NCBI GenBank assembly: GCA_002269645.1 | Contig: NIVC01001268.1 | Span: forward strand, 1 to 64,000 | Source of the DNA: Macrostomum lignano | Lineage: Eukaryota | DNA: 64,000 nt | Direction: 5' to 3' | Part shown: piece after piece, positions 26,101 to 38,420 of the stretch | Layout of the letters: the number at the start of each line of letters is the position of its first letter | How positions within the stretch are numbered: the first letter of the stretch is position 1 | Program-made: the position numbers and the translations under genes | Notes under the pieces: generated by a model | What the model was told of the DNA's origin: nothing | The model's database searches: none | Seen by the model: the letters and a program-made list of their open reading frames with translations, nothing else

Positions 26101-29100
26101 CGGGATCGAGAGACCGAGCGATGAAAGGAAAGTATAAAAGATAAATGACCATTTCCATTTCCATGACTATTTCATACAGAGAAGCAAAGACAAAAATGAA
26201 AAAAGGTTTGAGCACGCAGACTCTGGAAGTCGCTATACGAGAAACTCGTAACTGTTAGGCATAAACTAATGCTAGATGTGATCAAACTCAATTGAAAACT
26301 TGGAACGGTCACGGTCACGCTAAGCTCGCAAATCTGACGGAGCATTAAAGGCTAAAGCCAGAAGCGATAAATGGACAGTTGCTTCGTACTTCTAGAGAAT
26401 AAACATTAACGCAAGCTATGCTTCTACAAGTCACTGCCATTTAGTTTATATTTAAAAGGTTACAGAGCACAAAAGTAAAAATCAATAAGAACTACTGTAT
26501 GCACTTAAAAATTCGCTGAAAAGCTCGAAATCTTAAGAAAAATTTCGGAGTGGCAACACTGCACTGAAGCCGCAGTTCACTTCATTTAAGCCTCGAACTT
26601 GACCTAATAGAATTACAATAATTTTAGTAACTTTTCGGGGCAATTATGATAAATTTTGCTCTAAGAAGAACTCACTAAATAACTCAATAATTCCCAAGGT
26701 CGCGCTTTGGACGACGCGTCGCCCTTAACGACCAGCTCAGGCGGGCTGACCACCAGCTCATCGACTGTGTCGGCTGCGTCGCTGCTTCATTCCGGACAGT
26801 CTGGCGCCGGCCTGTCGCACGACCAGTCCACTCTGGGCGGGCCCAATGGCAGGCGTCGGTTTACCAGCTATCTAAACAGCCTGGTGGTTGAGCTGGACCG
26901 GGGCTTGTATGGGCCTGATCAGCATCTGGCTGAGTGGAACAGGGCCGATGGTTTGCCCGACACGGATGGCTTCGTGGTGAGTGTTTTTCTGGCGTTTTAC
27001 TAAACTCAGAGTAGGTTAGTTTCATATCTGTCAGGCTTCAGTAGGTCTCATAATATCTGTCAGGCTTCAGTAGGTCTCATAATATCTGTCAGGCTTCAGT
27101 AGGTCTCATAATATCTGTCAGGCTTCAGTAGGTCTCATAATATCTGTCAGGCTTCAGTAGGTCTCATAATATCTGTCAGGCTTCAGTAGGTCTCATATCT
27201 GTCAGGCTTCATGGTCAGTGAGTCTCATAACTCTCAGACGTCACAGTAATGCTTCATACCAACCAATAACCCCCCCCATCTGTCTCCAGGTGCGCAGGGC
27301 CGGCGAGTCACCAGTCCGAGTAACGGTGCTGCTGACCCCTAAACAGCGACCCCCTCGCTACCGCTTGCAGCCTCAGCTGGGCCGCCTGCTCGGGCTGCAC
27401 ACGGGCACCCAGGCGCAGGCGGCGCACGCTTTCTGGCGCTACGTTGCCGCCAAATCCCTGCTGGACCCGCTGGACAGAGCCTGTCTGGTGCTGGACCAGC
27501 CGCTGGGCGAGCTGTTCAGATCGGATGGCCAGGCCAGCAAAGAGCCGGTGAGAATTCCTACAGCTGATGTGCCCAGGCGGCTGGCCCAGCTGCTGCTGCC
27601 GATGGAGCCGCTGTCTCTAAACTATCTAGTGTCGGCCGAGGCCGGGGTTAAACGCTGCGTTAATTACGAATTAGAATTGGACGCTGAAGATTCTGGCGTG
27701 TTGTCTGCTGCTGCTGAGCCTGTTGCTATGAGCGGATCTACTTTGCAGGTTAGTGATCAGCTGATTGTGCCTCGTGAACTAAAATATCAACACAACTCTA
27801 AATGAGACACAATGTAGAAGGTGAGAGACACAAATGAAGGACAGCTGAGAGACAAATGGGGAGGGGTGAGACACAAGTGGAAGAGAGGTGAGAGACACAA
27901 GTGGGGGAGAGGTGAGAGACACAAGTGGGGGAGAGGTGAGAGACACAAGTGGGGGAGAGGTGAGAGACACAAGTGGGGGAGAGGTGAGAGACACAATTGG
28001 TGGAGAGGTGAGAGACACATGGGGGAGAGGTGAGAGACATGGGGGAGAGGTGAGTGACACATGGGGGAGAGGTGAGAGACACATGGGGGAGAGGTGAGAG
28101 ACATGGGGGAGAGGTGAGAGACACATGGGGGAGAGGTGAGAGACACAATTGGTGGAGAGGTGAGAGACACAATTGGGGGAGAGGTGAGAGACACAAATGG
28201 GGGAGAGGTGAGAGACACAATTGGGGGAGAGGTGAGAGACACAAATGGGGGAGAGGTGAGAGGCACAAATGGGGAGAGGTGAGAGACACAATTGGGGGAG
28301 AGGTGAGAGACACATGGGGGAGAGGTGAGAGACACATGGGGGAGAGGTGAGAGACACAATTGGTGGAGAGGTGAGAGACACAATTGGTGGAGAGGTGAGA
28401 GACACAAATAGAGAGAGGTGAGAGACACAAATGGAAGAGAAGTGAGAGGCAAATTGAAGCGAGGTGAGAGACACATGGGGGAGAGGTGAGAGACATAAAT
28501 AAAGAGAGGTGAGAGACACAAATGGAAGAGAAATGAGAGACACATGGAGGAGAGGTGAGAGACACAAATGGAAGAAAAATGAGAGACACATGGAGGAGAG
28601 GTGAGGCCGTAGGAAGAATAGCTCCCGATCCGGTCTAGACCACCGAACAACCGCAGGAGCTGAACGCCACGGAAAGCCGCATCTCGGACACCCTGGACCA
28701 GATGAATTCGGCCGCTGAGCAGGCGGAGTTCTTCGCCGATTTCGCTTCCAACCCTCAGCAGTTCCTCACCAGCGCTCTGTTGAAAAGCGGCGGTGCTAAC
28801 TCGACAAGTCAGCAACAGCCGCAGTCGCAGAGGCAGCAGCAGCCGCAGGCTGATCCAGACAAAGAGCGTCGAGCCGCCTTCTTTCAGGGCGGCTGGCTAC
28901 CGGAGGCTACGGCAATATATTTTGCGGAAAAGGTTGGTTTTTTAGAAGCTAAAATGGCTTATTCAACTTGGAAGGTTATCGAAATACTAGAGAAGAGATA
29001 AGAGAATAAGACAATCAATGTGTCTACATTTCAATTTCTTCAGATAGATCCAAGTGTCTGTAGATAGATCCAGTGTATGTTAATAGATCCTGTGTATGTA

Positions 29101-29977
29101 GATAGATTTCAGTGTCTGCAGATACATTTCAGTGTCTGTAGATAGATCCCAGGGTCTGTAGATGAATTTCAGTGTCTGTAGATAGATCCCAGGGTCTGTA
29201 GATACATCCAATATCTGTATATAGATCCCAGTGTCTGTAGATAGATCGAGTGTAGATAGATCCCAGTGTCTGCAGATATATCCTGTGTCTGTAGATAGAT
29301 ATCAGTGTACGCGCCTCGGCGTTATAGCTCATTTTTGCCCTCTGCAGCCCATCGGTAGATAGTTTTCAATGTCTTTAGATAGATTCTAGTGTCTGTAGAT
29401 AGATCCAGTGTAGATAGATAGATCCCTGTGTCTGTAGATATATCCAGTGTCTGTAGATAGATTTCAGTGTCTGTAGATGGACCCTAGTTTCTGTAGATAG
29501 ATACAGTGTAGATAGATCCCAGTGTCTGTAGATAGATCTCAGTGCTGTAGATAGATTTCAGTGTCTGTAGATAGTTTTCAATGTCTTTAGATAGATTTCA
29601 GTGTCTGTAGATAGATTCCAGAGTCTGTAGATAGATTACAGTGTTTTTAGATTTATTTTAAGGTCCTAATATGGGCCACAGGGTCTTAAAAGTATGTTCT
29701 AGTGCTGTGAGATGAGTTTCTATATATCTTATGATTGTCACACTCTAAGTGAATGTCGTGTCTATATAACTAGCGACTAGCGTCTGTATTTTTTGGCTCT
29801 TTAGGTGGGTTCTAAGATCTCAATATGCGTTCCAGGATGTCAATATAGCACCCACGATCTCAAAATGGGTTCCAGGGCACTGCTTCCGGTATTGAACACT
29901 ACTTGATAATGCGAGCTTTTTTATTTCAGATTGACAAGCGGCGCCAAGAGCTTGAAGAGCTGCTTGGAATCCCGTGA
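20197..29977 (+). CDS. SMARCD1: SWI/SNF complex 60-kDa subunit (SMARCD/BAF60 family, SWIB domain), 5 exons, ~534 aa
   Basis: Exons 20197-20722, 26699-26976, 27290-27748, 28639(or 28657)-28932, 29930-29977 with consistent phases. Family motifs WELRIEG, FTSYLNSLVVELDRGLYGPDQHLAEW, TDGF-VRRAG, LGRLLGLHT, FASNPQQF, ERRAAFF, IDKRRQELEELLGI. Symbol is family-level (SMARCD1/2/3). Confidence 0.93.
20788..22408. repeat. 32/35-bp tandem repeat GACAGAT(ATT)ATGAGACCCACTGACACTGAAGCCT, ~48 copies, SMARCD intron 1
   Basis: Directly visible; two unit lengths differ by an ATT/TAT insertion. Confidence 0.97.
22761..23040. repeat. 69-bp tandem repeat, ~4 copies, subterminal in the hAT element
   Basis: ACATAGTATTTAACTGAAAAGTGACAGGAATTTACACATTTTACCGGGTTGTGGCAGTAATCAGCACTC repeated. 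Confidence 0.93.
23462..25794 (-). pseudogene. hAT transposase pseudogene (BED-like Zn finger, catalytic core, C-terminal dimerisation domain), broken by stops/frameshifts
   Basis: FCAACHVKL..HMKTAKH Zn finger; FSDNCNVMQG, GGCTLHVVAN, LTHWLVLLPCLERL; EFPLLGRLGLACCTLFHGNADSERF dimerisation-type motif. Split across at least six ORFs, with a probable intron near 23763-23852. Confidence 0.85.
27022..27235. repeat. 29-bp tandem repeat ATATCTGTCAGGCTTCAGTAGGTCTCATA, inverted relative of the intron-1 array, SMARCD intron 2
   Basis: Reverse complement TATGAGACCTACTGAAGCCTGACAGATAT equals the intron-1 unit minus 6 nt with one C>T. Confidence 0.92.
27805..28605. repeat. Purine-rich 20-24-bp minisatellite GAGAGGTGAGAGACACA(A/T)..GGGG, SMARCD intron 3
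   Basis: Directly visible. Confidence 0.95.
29040..29650. repeat. Degenerate ~20-bp minisatellite CAGTGTCTGTAGATAGATCC, SMARCD intron 4
   Basis: Directly visible. Confidence 0.92.
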
Positions 29978-32229
29978 ATTACAGAATTGCTGTCGCCTTG
30001 AGCTTGCTAGTGCTGCTTTTTGTATTTAGGCATTTATAAATATAACATAAACATTACAATACATGACGTCTATACTCATCCATATATTCGAATGTTTACT
30101 ATCTTGTTTTCAATTAATTATGTAAGTTGTGGCGCTTTTTGTAAATATAAATTTACAATTGTTTAATGCTAAGCAAAATATACTTCGTGTTTTAAATATA
30201 CGCTGTGCAGCTGCGTAGCAGCCATGCAGACTATTAGCACCTATTTCGTAACTGATGCTGGCCAGAATTTTATTAGCTTCTTTGTTCTTGCCGGATTTCA
30301 TTGTAAATACGCTTGTTATCGAAAAGTTTGAATTAAGACGAACTTCGACGCAGTCAGTACCGAATAGTTATAAGCATAATGCTCCATAGGTTGCTTTCTT
30401 TTGGTATGCCAAGCATTTTTTGTATTGAAAATTTATGTACTGTACCTGGTATCTGATCTGTCTAGTTGACTTGCACATCGATCTGTACGTTTAGCCTGGT
30501 CATGATGCCGCAGTCATGTTCGAAATCCGATTTCTGTTCAACACTTACCAGCCTACAAACTGCATCCTGCTAACATGCAAAAAGTCGAAACGGTGGTTAT
30601 TGATTCATCAAGCTGTAACTTAATTTAAATCATTACAGCCTCCACGCATCCACGACTGCATGTACGTTCTGTCATCTGATGTGAGGTGACGCAAAATGGG
30701 AAGCTCAGCAAAATCATTAGTGGTGTTAGAAGAAAAACTCGGAGAAATCATTAACTTGCATAATTTGCTTTTAATAGAATGTCTACAACAGGGAGGACGC
30801 GGCTGTTGTCAGAAAGTTTTCGGGTCTAAACTATAAGGAACGGGGTTTTAGCCGTGGTTTTATGCACTTTTAAAACAAAGCTCTAAAGGCAGTAATTAAA
30901 AATATACTGCTGGTAAGTCTTATGTGTAACTTATTTTTTATTGAAAAAAGAGCTCGAATCGGCTATTTGATTATTAAATCATATTTCCTAAGCGAATAAC
31001 AGAGTACGTTGGTTCAGCTTAATTTACAGTTTCGCTTGTAAATTTCATTCAATCTAAAATCAAGTTCCCTCGTTCCTTATAATACGATATTACTGCGCTC
31101 ATTCCATTAGTAGCCTTTGACTCAGTCAAACGTATTGTAAAAAATTAAAGACTGAGGCAGATAAATTAATATTATAGACAGGGCTTTATTTAGATTAAGG
31201 CGCTATGCAATGCCAAAATCAGGTTTATTATTAAGTTTCGGTAGCTTAGTTTGTTTAACCTAGCCTATTCCTAGGGCCTACGGCCTATGCCCTATCCTAG
31301 TGGCTGTCGAAGTCCTAGAGTTCTAGTAGTTATCTTTGACCTAAAAATAAATTGAAATCTATATTTACTACACCTTTTCAGTCTTTTATAAAGTAGGCCT
31401 AGTTAAAAAAGTTTTGCTATATTAATTATTAGGCCTACTGCTACAGTCTACTTACTTAGACCTAAATAGGCCTAGTAGGCCTAGTTATGTCATGGCTTAT
31501 ATATGACCCTAGCAAAATTGACAATTGCTGAAAAATAGTTATATATGTCTAGGCCTAGTAATTGAAAATGAAATAGAGTTAAACAAGATTTAAATAATAA
31601 TGCAGTAAGAGACAATATCTAGTATAGTAATAGTAGGCCTCTATAAAAATAAATTATTATATATTTTGGTAATAATAATTAAATTTAGGCCCTATTGTTA
31701 AAGTTAGTATAATGATATATTATATTATTGATAAGGCCTATTATTCAAGGCTAGGACCTAGGCTAGGTCTAACCTATTTTTATAGGCCTAGGGCCTATCA
31801 ATATCTTAATTGAAACTTTTTTCCTAGCTATATTTTGCCTATTGTAGGCCTAAGCCTAGTCAAACCACTGGGACTTAGCTAGGTTGAAAATATCTATTAT
31901 CTTCTTGCTAAGTTTATCTAATACTAATAGGCTACATTTTTATCTTTAGCCTTATATAAATGGTTTTTCTAAATAGTTTACTTTTAGTGCTTACAAGCTG
32001 TTGAAACCTGCGGATTTTGAACCTATGGAATTCTCATCCCCGGAACTATTTTTGCATGTATTCTACTATCTGAAGTCACACTAAAAAAACTTGTTAATAG
32101 TTAGGATAGAGGTAAACATAAAATGGAATAAATTTATATAAAATTAAGATTTAAGGCAAGTATTTATTTTGCTAGTTGAGGTGCTGTGCAGAATGTTAAG
32201 CAATGTCTGTTTGACTCTTAAACATGTAT

Positions 32230-33250
32230 TGGCAGACTTTGGCCTCTGCCTCTGCCTCTTCCTACATCCCTTGGATCTTTTAACACTTCTATTTTCTTTT
32301 CTTCTTTCTTCTCTCTCGTCTTTAGTCTTTCCTCTCATCTTTTTTCTTTTTTCCTTTCTCTTTTCTACTCTTTTTCTCTCTCCTCTCTTCTCTTTTCTCA
32401 TCTATCCTCTTTTATCTCTTCTTTCTATTCTCTTCTCACTCCTCACTCTCCCCTCTCTTAACACTTCCCTCTTCTCTCACTCTCTTCTTTCTTCTCTTAA
32501 CTCTCTCCTCTACTCTCTTATCTCTCCTCTCTATTCTTTCCTTTCTCTTTCTCCTCTCTACTCTTTCCTTTCTCTCTTCTTTCTACTCTCTCTCCATTCT
32601 CCATGACCATTCTCCTCTTTTCTCCTCTCTCCTGACTCACTTCTCTCTCCCTTTGTCTCTGCTCTCTCGTCTGGTATCTGTAATCTCATCTCTCTTAACT
32701 CTTACCTCTTATTTCTCCTTTTCTTCTCTACTCTCCCATCTCTTGTCTATTCACTCTTGTCTCTGCTCTCTTATCTCCCTACTCTCATCTGTAATCTTTA
32801 CTCTTTTATATGTTCTTTCACCTCTGTACTCTTTCTTTCCTCTCTTTTGACACCTAACTTTTCTTTCTCCTTTCTTCTCTTCTCTTCTCTTCCTTCTTTT
32901 GTACTCTCTATCTCTCTTGTCTCATGTCTTCTCTTTCTACTTTCCTTTCTCCTCCTTCATCTCTTATCTCTAATTTCTTATCTCTCCTTATATCCCTCTT
33001 ATTTCTACAACCTTATCTCTTTCCTCTTCCCTTTACTCTCATCTCTCCTTTCACCTCTCTCCTCTAATCTGCAGCTCTCTGCTCTCATCTCTACTCTCCT
33101 CTCTCCTCTCTACTGTCTTCTCTCTCATCGCATCTCTCTCATCTCACTTCTCTCTCCTCTCTTCTTCCCTGTCTGTCCTATTATCTATATTATATCTTAT
33201 CCCCTCTCTTGCTGTAGCTCTCTTTCTAATCATCTATTCCTTCTTTCCAT
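32230..33250. repeat. ~1-kb pyrimidine-rich (CT) low-complexity tract
   Basis: Plus strand almost devoid of G; no fixed period. Confidence 0.9.
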
Positions 33251-33700
33251 GAGCTAGATTCTTTATCTGGCCTTTAAGGTAAAAGTCTGCCCATCCCTGC
33301 TTGGAAAGCCAGTTTGTGGGATGTAGTACTCTCATGGTTTTTCTCAGGCTTAGATAATGTCATCTTTCTTTCTTGCCGATTTGCAGCCCTGAAAGGAATT
33401 TGTGTATCTTCAGCTCTACTGCAGTCTGCTGTCTGCATCAGTCTAACAACCAAGGAAATACACATTTCTTAGAAGGCCATTTAAATTTTAAAGTACCTTT
33501 AAGAGAAACCTAAAATTTCCATGGTGTGACTAATTCAGTAGGGTTGTATTGCTTTGCATCGCCTTCTCATAAATCTTTCACTTTTACAAACGATGCTGGA
33601 TTGTCTTGATTTGCCATCCACTGTTAAACTGCTGCAGAGTTTGCCAATACAGAGGGCAGTGGTTAGAATCTAGTCTTCTTAGTATTCTAAAAATGAAAAT

Positions 33701-33989
<289 letters not shown>

Positions 33990-34918
33990 TTCTCACTAAA
34001 CTGTCATGGCTTAATGTAGCCTCTCTTCCAACTCTCGGGGTGCAAAGAAGGCTTTAAATAAAGTTATTCCAAAACACTGTACATTGGCCATTGCTATGTA
34101 CATTCAGCTCTATCGCCTGATCCTTGGTCTGGCTCTGGGGGAATGAGTGAGTGAGTGGCACAAACAACAGAAAAAGCAGACAAACTTCTCATGCTTACAG
34201 TTTTTTTTTCAGTTGAGTTACAGAGTTGAAACTTTACATTAAGATAGATAATGAGTCAATGAAGAATTGTGTCAAGCTTAAAGTCAATCGCTTTATGTGG
34301 AGCAAACTTATGGCAGCTGAAAGTTAGTCAATTTTGAAACCATTTTACACATCTGGGCCCAGATTGGGATCGGGAAAAGAGAGGCAGGCAGGCGGAGGTT
34401 GGGGTGGTTGCTACAAAAAAACAGCCTAACTTTAAAAGTGCACAGCACCACTTAGGATTAACTTTAAAACTCAAAATTTTACATGATTGTGCCAAAATAT
34501 TTGAAGATTGTCTGTGTCAAATTTAAAGAGAATTGGTAGAAGTGGTGCGGCACTATGGAGGATTTAGTGAAAAATTGCACATTTTGAGTAGTTTTTTGTA
34601 CTTTTAGGTAGGAAGACTTTATCTCCTACCTATCCTTTATAAGGTCTACTGCTAAGTGCTAAGCAGCCTCTGACTTATTGGAGTTGCAATTGGACTCCAT
34701 TTGTGATACTCCAAATGAAAATAAGAATTACAAAAATATGGAACTCAACTTAAATTTAATATTACTCATGGCATCCCAGGTCCAAATTCAAGATTTGATG
34801 CTTCATGACTCATGCTATGATGCAAGCAACCCAGCTTTTATGCATGATATACTAAACTAAGCATATAAATTTCAATGTTTAACCACCACAGCTAACAGCT
34901 CAGCTAAACACAGCCAAC

Positions 34919-37460
34919 ATGCGACCAACAAAGGAAAGCCGTTCGGCCAGCAGCTGCACAAATGCTGGCACTAATTCAAAGTCTCCATCAAACAGTTCCT
35001 CTACTCGAGACAGCGCCAGCCCCCCTGCTCAGCACGGGCCCAGTGGTGGTGCAGGCTCCGTGAGGTTCAGCACGCAAAGTCCCCCTCTGATACAGCTGAG
35101 CCCTGCGCTGAGCCCACCGCCCTACGATCTCAGGGAGAGACCGCGGAGGCGCCAAATTTCTAGCTTAGGTAGGACCGAGCTGTGGCATTTTTATTGTCTT
35201 ATTATTATTATTATTATTATTATTATATGTATTATAATTGCTTGCATTTCTTTAACAATTTTCTTTCAGAATTAGCTAACGATTTTGTGCACCGATTAAC
35301 ACCCGCGCCAGGGAGTCCAGATGACTTTCTTGCTAAGGTAACGCAGTTTTCCTACCATTGTACTTTGCCTGTTAATTGCTTGACCTTTTGACCTTGTGAA
35401 TTGCATTCCGCTGATCCCTGCTCAAACTCAGTGAGACTTTGAAGCCCCGCTGCTCAAACTCAGTGAGACTTTGAAGCTCCGCTGCTCAAACTCAGTGAGA
35501 CTTTGAAGCCCCCGCTGCTCAAACTCAGTGAGACTTTGAAGCCCCCGCTGCTCAAACTCAGTGAGACTTTGAAGCCCCGCTGCTCAAACTCAGTGAGACT
35601 TTGAAGCCCCCGCTGCTCAAACTCAGTGAGACTTTGAAGCCCCCGCTGCTCAAACTCAGTGAGACTTTGAAGCCCCCGCTGCTCAAACTCAGTGAGACTT
35701 TGAAGCCCCCGCTGCTCAAACTCAGTGAGACTTTGAATCTCTGCTGCTCAAACTCAGTGAGACTTTGAAGCCCCCGCTGCTCAAACTCAGTGAGACTTTG
35801 AAGCTTCGCTGCTCAAACTCAGTGAGACTTTGAAGCCCCCGCTGCTCAAACTCAGTGAGACTTTGAAGCTTCGCTGCTCAAACTCAGTGAGACTTTGAAG
35901 CCCCCGCTGCTCAACCTCTGAACTCAAAATCTCAAACTGAAAGTGAATATTTTACCATCGATCCGCTCGCACAGACTCCGCCGCCGCAACAGCCGCCTCC
36001 GAGAAAGCGGCGTCGAACCTCGGCCGCGTCGTCCAGTTCCTCATCCACAGTCAACAGCGCCAATGGTGGAGACGCCGCGGCCGCTAGTGCTGGCAGTGGA
36101 CTCGCCAGGTCAGAGACTGGCAGCTCTGCCAGATCCTCGGCGCACCGCTCAAGCCAGCAGCAGCAGCAGTTCCCAATGCACCCGCCCGCTGCCAGCGCCA
36201 GTCTGTGGCGATCCGCCTCCAGCAGCAGCGGCGTTGCCAACCAGCAGCAGCCGTCTGGGTGAGTGTGCGGAGAGGGAGAGGGAGAGAGGAACAGGTGGGT
36301 AGGGAGAGGTGGATATTGAGAGGTGGGGAGGGAGAGGTGGATATTGAGAGGCGGGTAGGGAGAGGTGGGTAGGGAGAGGTGGGTAGGGAGAGGTGAGTAG
36401 GGAGAGGTCAGTAGGGAGAGGTGGGTAGGGAGAGGTGGGTAGGGAGAGGTGGATAGGGAGAGGCGGGTAGGGAGAGGTGGGTAGGGAGAGGCGGGTAGGG
36501 AGAGGCGGGTAGGGAGAGGTGGGTAGGGAGAGGTGGGTAGGGAGAGGTGGATAGGGAGAGGCGGGTAGGGAGAGGCGGGTAGGGAGAGGCGGGTAGGAAG
36601 ACGGCAATGCCTGGGTCAGCAGTGCTATCCATCAAGCTGTTTCCGCCAACCAGCACCGCCACTCCCAACCCATCGATCACTCCAGCCCACAGCAGCAGAC
36701 TCTTGAACAGCCTCCGCCGCCCCCGCCGCTGCACCGGCTTCACGCAGCGGCGCCAGCCAGTCAGCAGCAGAGTCTGCCTACCCTGCTGCCCATCCCGCCG
36801 CCGCAGCAGTTCCGCACCGGCCAGGACAGCGGCGCCGGCTTCGTGTACGTCAGCCAGTTCTCCCAGCACCGGCCGCCGACTGCCTATCACGTGACCGAAG
36901 GCTTGGACCTGCTGCCGGCAGCCTACTTGGACCAGTTTGGCGTGGCCAATTTAGCTCAGCAGCAGCAGCCTCAGCAGCAGCAACAGTCCAGCAGCCGCAA
37001 CTCAAGCCTGTTGCTTCATTTCCTGTCTTTACTGGACCTAGAAGAAGAGACAAATTATCAGCAGTTGCAGTTGTACCAGAATCTGCAGCAGCAGCAGGAG
37101 CAGCGCCAGCGTCAGCCAAGCAACCTGGACAGCCTGTTGCACCTGGCCGCTCAGGTGGGCGGCGCAGCAGCTGGCGGTGGCGCCGGCATCCGAGGCGCCG
37201 ATCGGCAGGAGCTGGACAGCCGTCTGCCCGCCTACAGATTCGTGCCGGGCAGCCAGCGTCGCCGACGCGCCGCCACGGCCGGCAGCAGCTGCGTCGTCTG
37301 CCTGGCCGACTTCGAGGCCCGGCAGCAGCTGCGCGGCCTGGCCTGCGGTCACGAGTTCCACGCCCGCTGCGTCGACCGCTGGCTGAAGCAGAACCGGACC
37401 TGCCCGATTTGTCGGGCGGACGCGGTGAGCGGTAAGCCGCAGCGGCTGCAGCATCCGTGA
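34919..37460 (+). CDS. RNF38: RING-H2 E3 ubiquitin ligase, RNF38/RNF44-like, 4 exons, ~480 aa
   Basis: Exons 34919-35168, 35270-35337, 35975-36258, 36620(phase-inferred)-37460. NLS-like PPRKRRR; LLHFLSLL, LLHLAAQVG, LPAYRF, CVVCLADFEARQQLRGLACGHEFHARCVDRWLKQNRTCPICRADA closely follow the RNF38/44 C-terminus. The RING exon is solid; the 5' exons and exon-4 acceptor are less certain. Confidence 0.8.
35415..35912. repeat. ~33-bp tandem repeat CTCAAACTCAGTGAGACTTTGAAGCCCCCGCTG, ~15 copies, RING gene intron 2
   Basis: Directly visible. Confidence 0.96.
36290..36596. repeat. 14-bp G-rich minisatellite GGGTAGGGAGAGGT, RING gene intron 3
   Basis: Directly visible. Confidence 0.95.
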
Positions 37461-37564
37461 CGATCGCAGCTGGCTGTGATGTGAACTGTACTTTGAGGGG
37501 GGGGCTCTCGGCTCTGGTCTCTTCTTCTCTCCGTCCAAAATTACCCGCAACGAAATTTAGAAAA

Positions 37565-38420
37565 AGTTCTGAAAATTCGCCCCTGCCCCTACCAGGAGAA
37601 TTTTTTGCTTCTGAAAATTCCCCTAGAGAATGTTTTGCTTCTGAAAATTCCCCTAGAGAATGTTTTTCTTCTGAAAATTCCCCTAGAGAATGTTTTTCTT
37701 CTGAAAATTCCCCTAGAGAATGTTTTTCTTCTGAAAATTCCCCTAGAGAATGTTTTTCTTCTGAAAATTCCCCTAGAGAATTTTCTTCTTCTGAAAATTC
37801 CCCTAGAGAATGTTTTTCTTCTGAAAATTCCCCTGGAGAATGTTTTGCTGTAAACGAATCCCGTAAAAATTGCTGTGCTGTGGAAATTTCCTGGAGCATA
37901 TTCTACTTCTAAAAATTCCCCTGGAGCATATTCTACTTCTCAAAATTCCCCTGGAGCATATTCTACTTCTCGAAATTCCCCTGGAGCATATTCTACTTCT
38001 AAAAATTCCCCTGGAGCATATTCTACTTCTCAAAATTCCCCTGGAGCATATTCTACTTCTCGAAATTCCCCTGGAGCATATTCTACTTCTAAAAATTCCC
38101 CTGGAGCATATTCTACTTCTAAAAATTCCCCTGGAGCATATTCTACTTCTCGAAATTCCCCTGGAGCATATTCTACTTCTAAAAATTCCCCTGGAGCATA
38201 TTATACTTCTCAAAATTCCCCTGGAGCATATTCTACTTCTCAAAATTCCCCTGGAGCATATTCTACTTCTAAAAATTCCCCTGGAGCATATTCTACTTCT
38301 CGAAATTCCCCTGTAGCACATTCTACTTCTCAAAATTTCCCTGGAAACTTTTGTGGTTCTAAAAATTCCCTGAAGAATTTTTGCTCTAGACGAATTCCCT
38401 AGAAAATGCTGTGCTGTGGA
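37565..38420. repeat. Compound 30-bp tandem array (two related subarrays, AAAATTCCCCT(A/G)GAG core) downstream of RING gene
   Basis: Subarray 1 ~37605-37840, subarray 2 ~37885-38330. Confidence 0.96.

Larger units (their letters stand above)
22409..26561 (-). mobile_element. hAT-superfamily DNA transposon, 4153 bp, in SMARCD intron 1
   Basis: Perfect 11-bp TIR CAGTGTTGCCA at both ends; perfect 8-bp TSD CACTGAAG (22401-22408, 26562-26569); internal transposase remnants. Confidence 0.92.

Noticed and set aside
30545-30575. Possible 18-nt microexon on minus strand (TTAGCAG|GATGCAGTTTGTAGGCTG|GTAAGT)
   Set aside because: No neighbouring exons found to attach it to.
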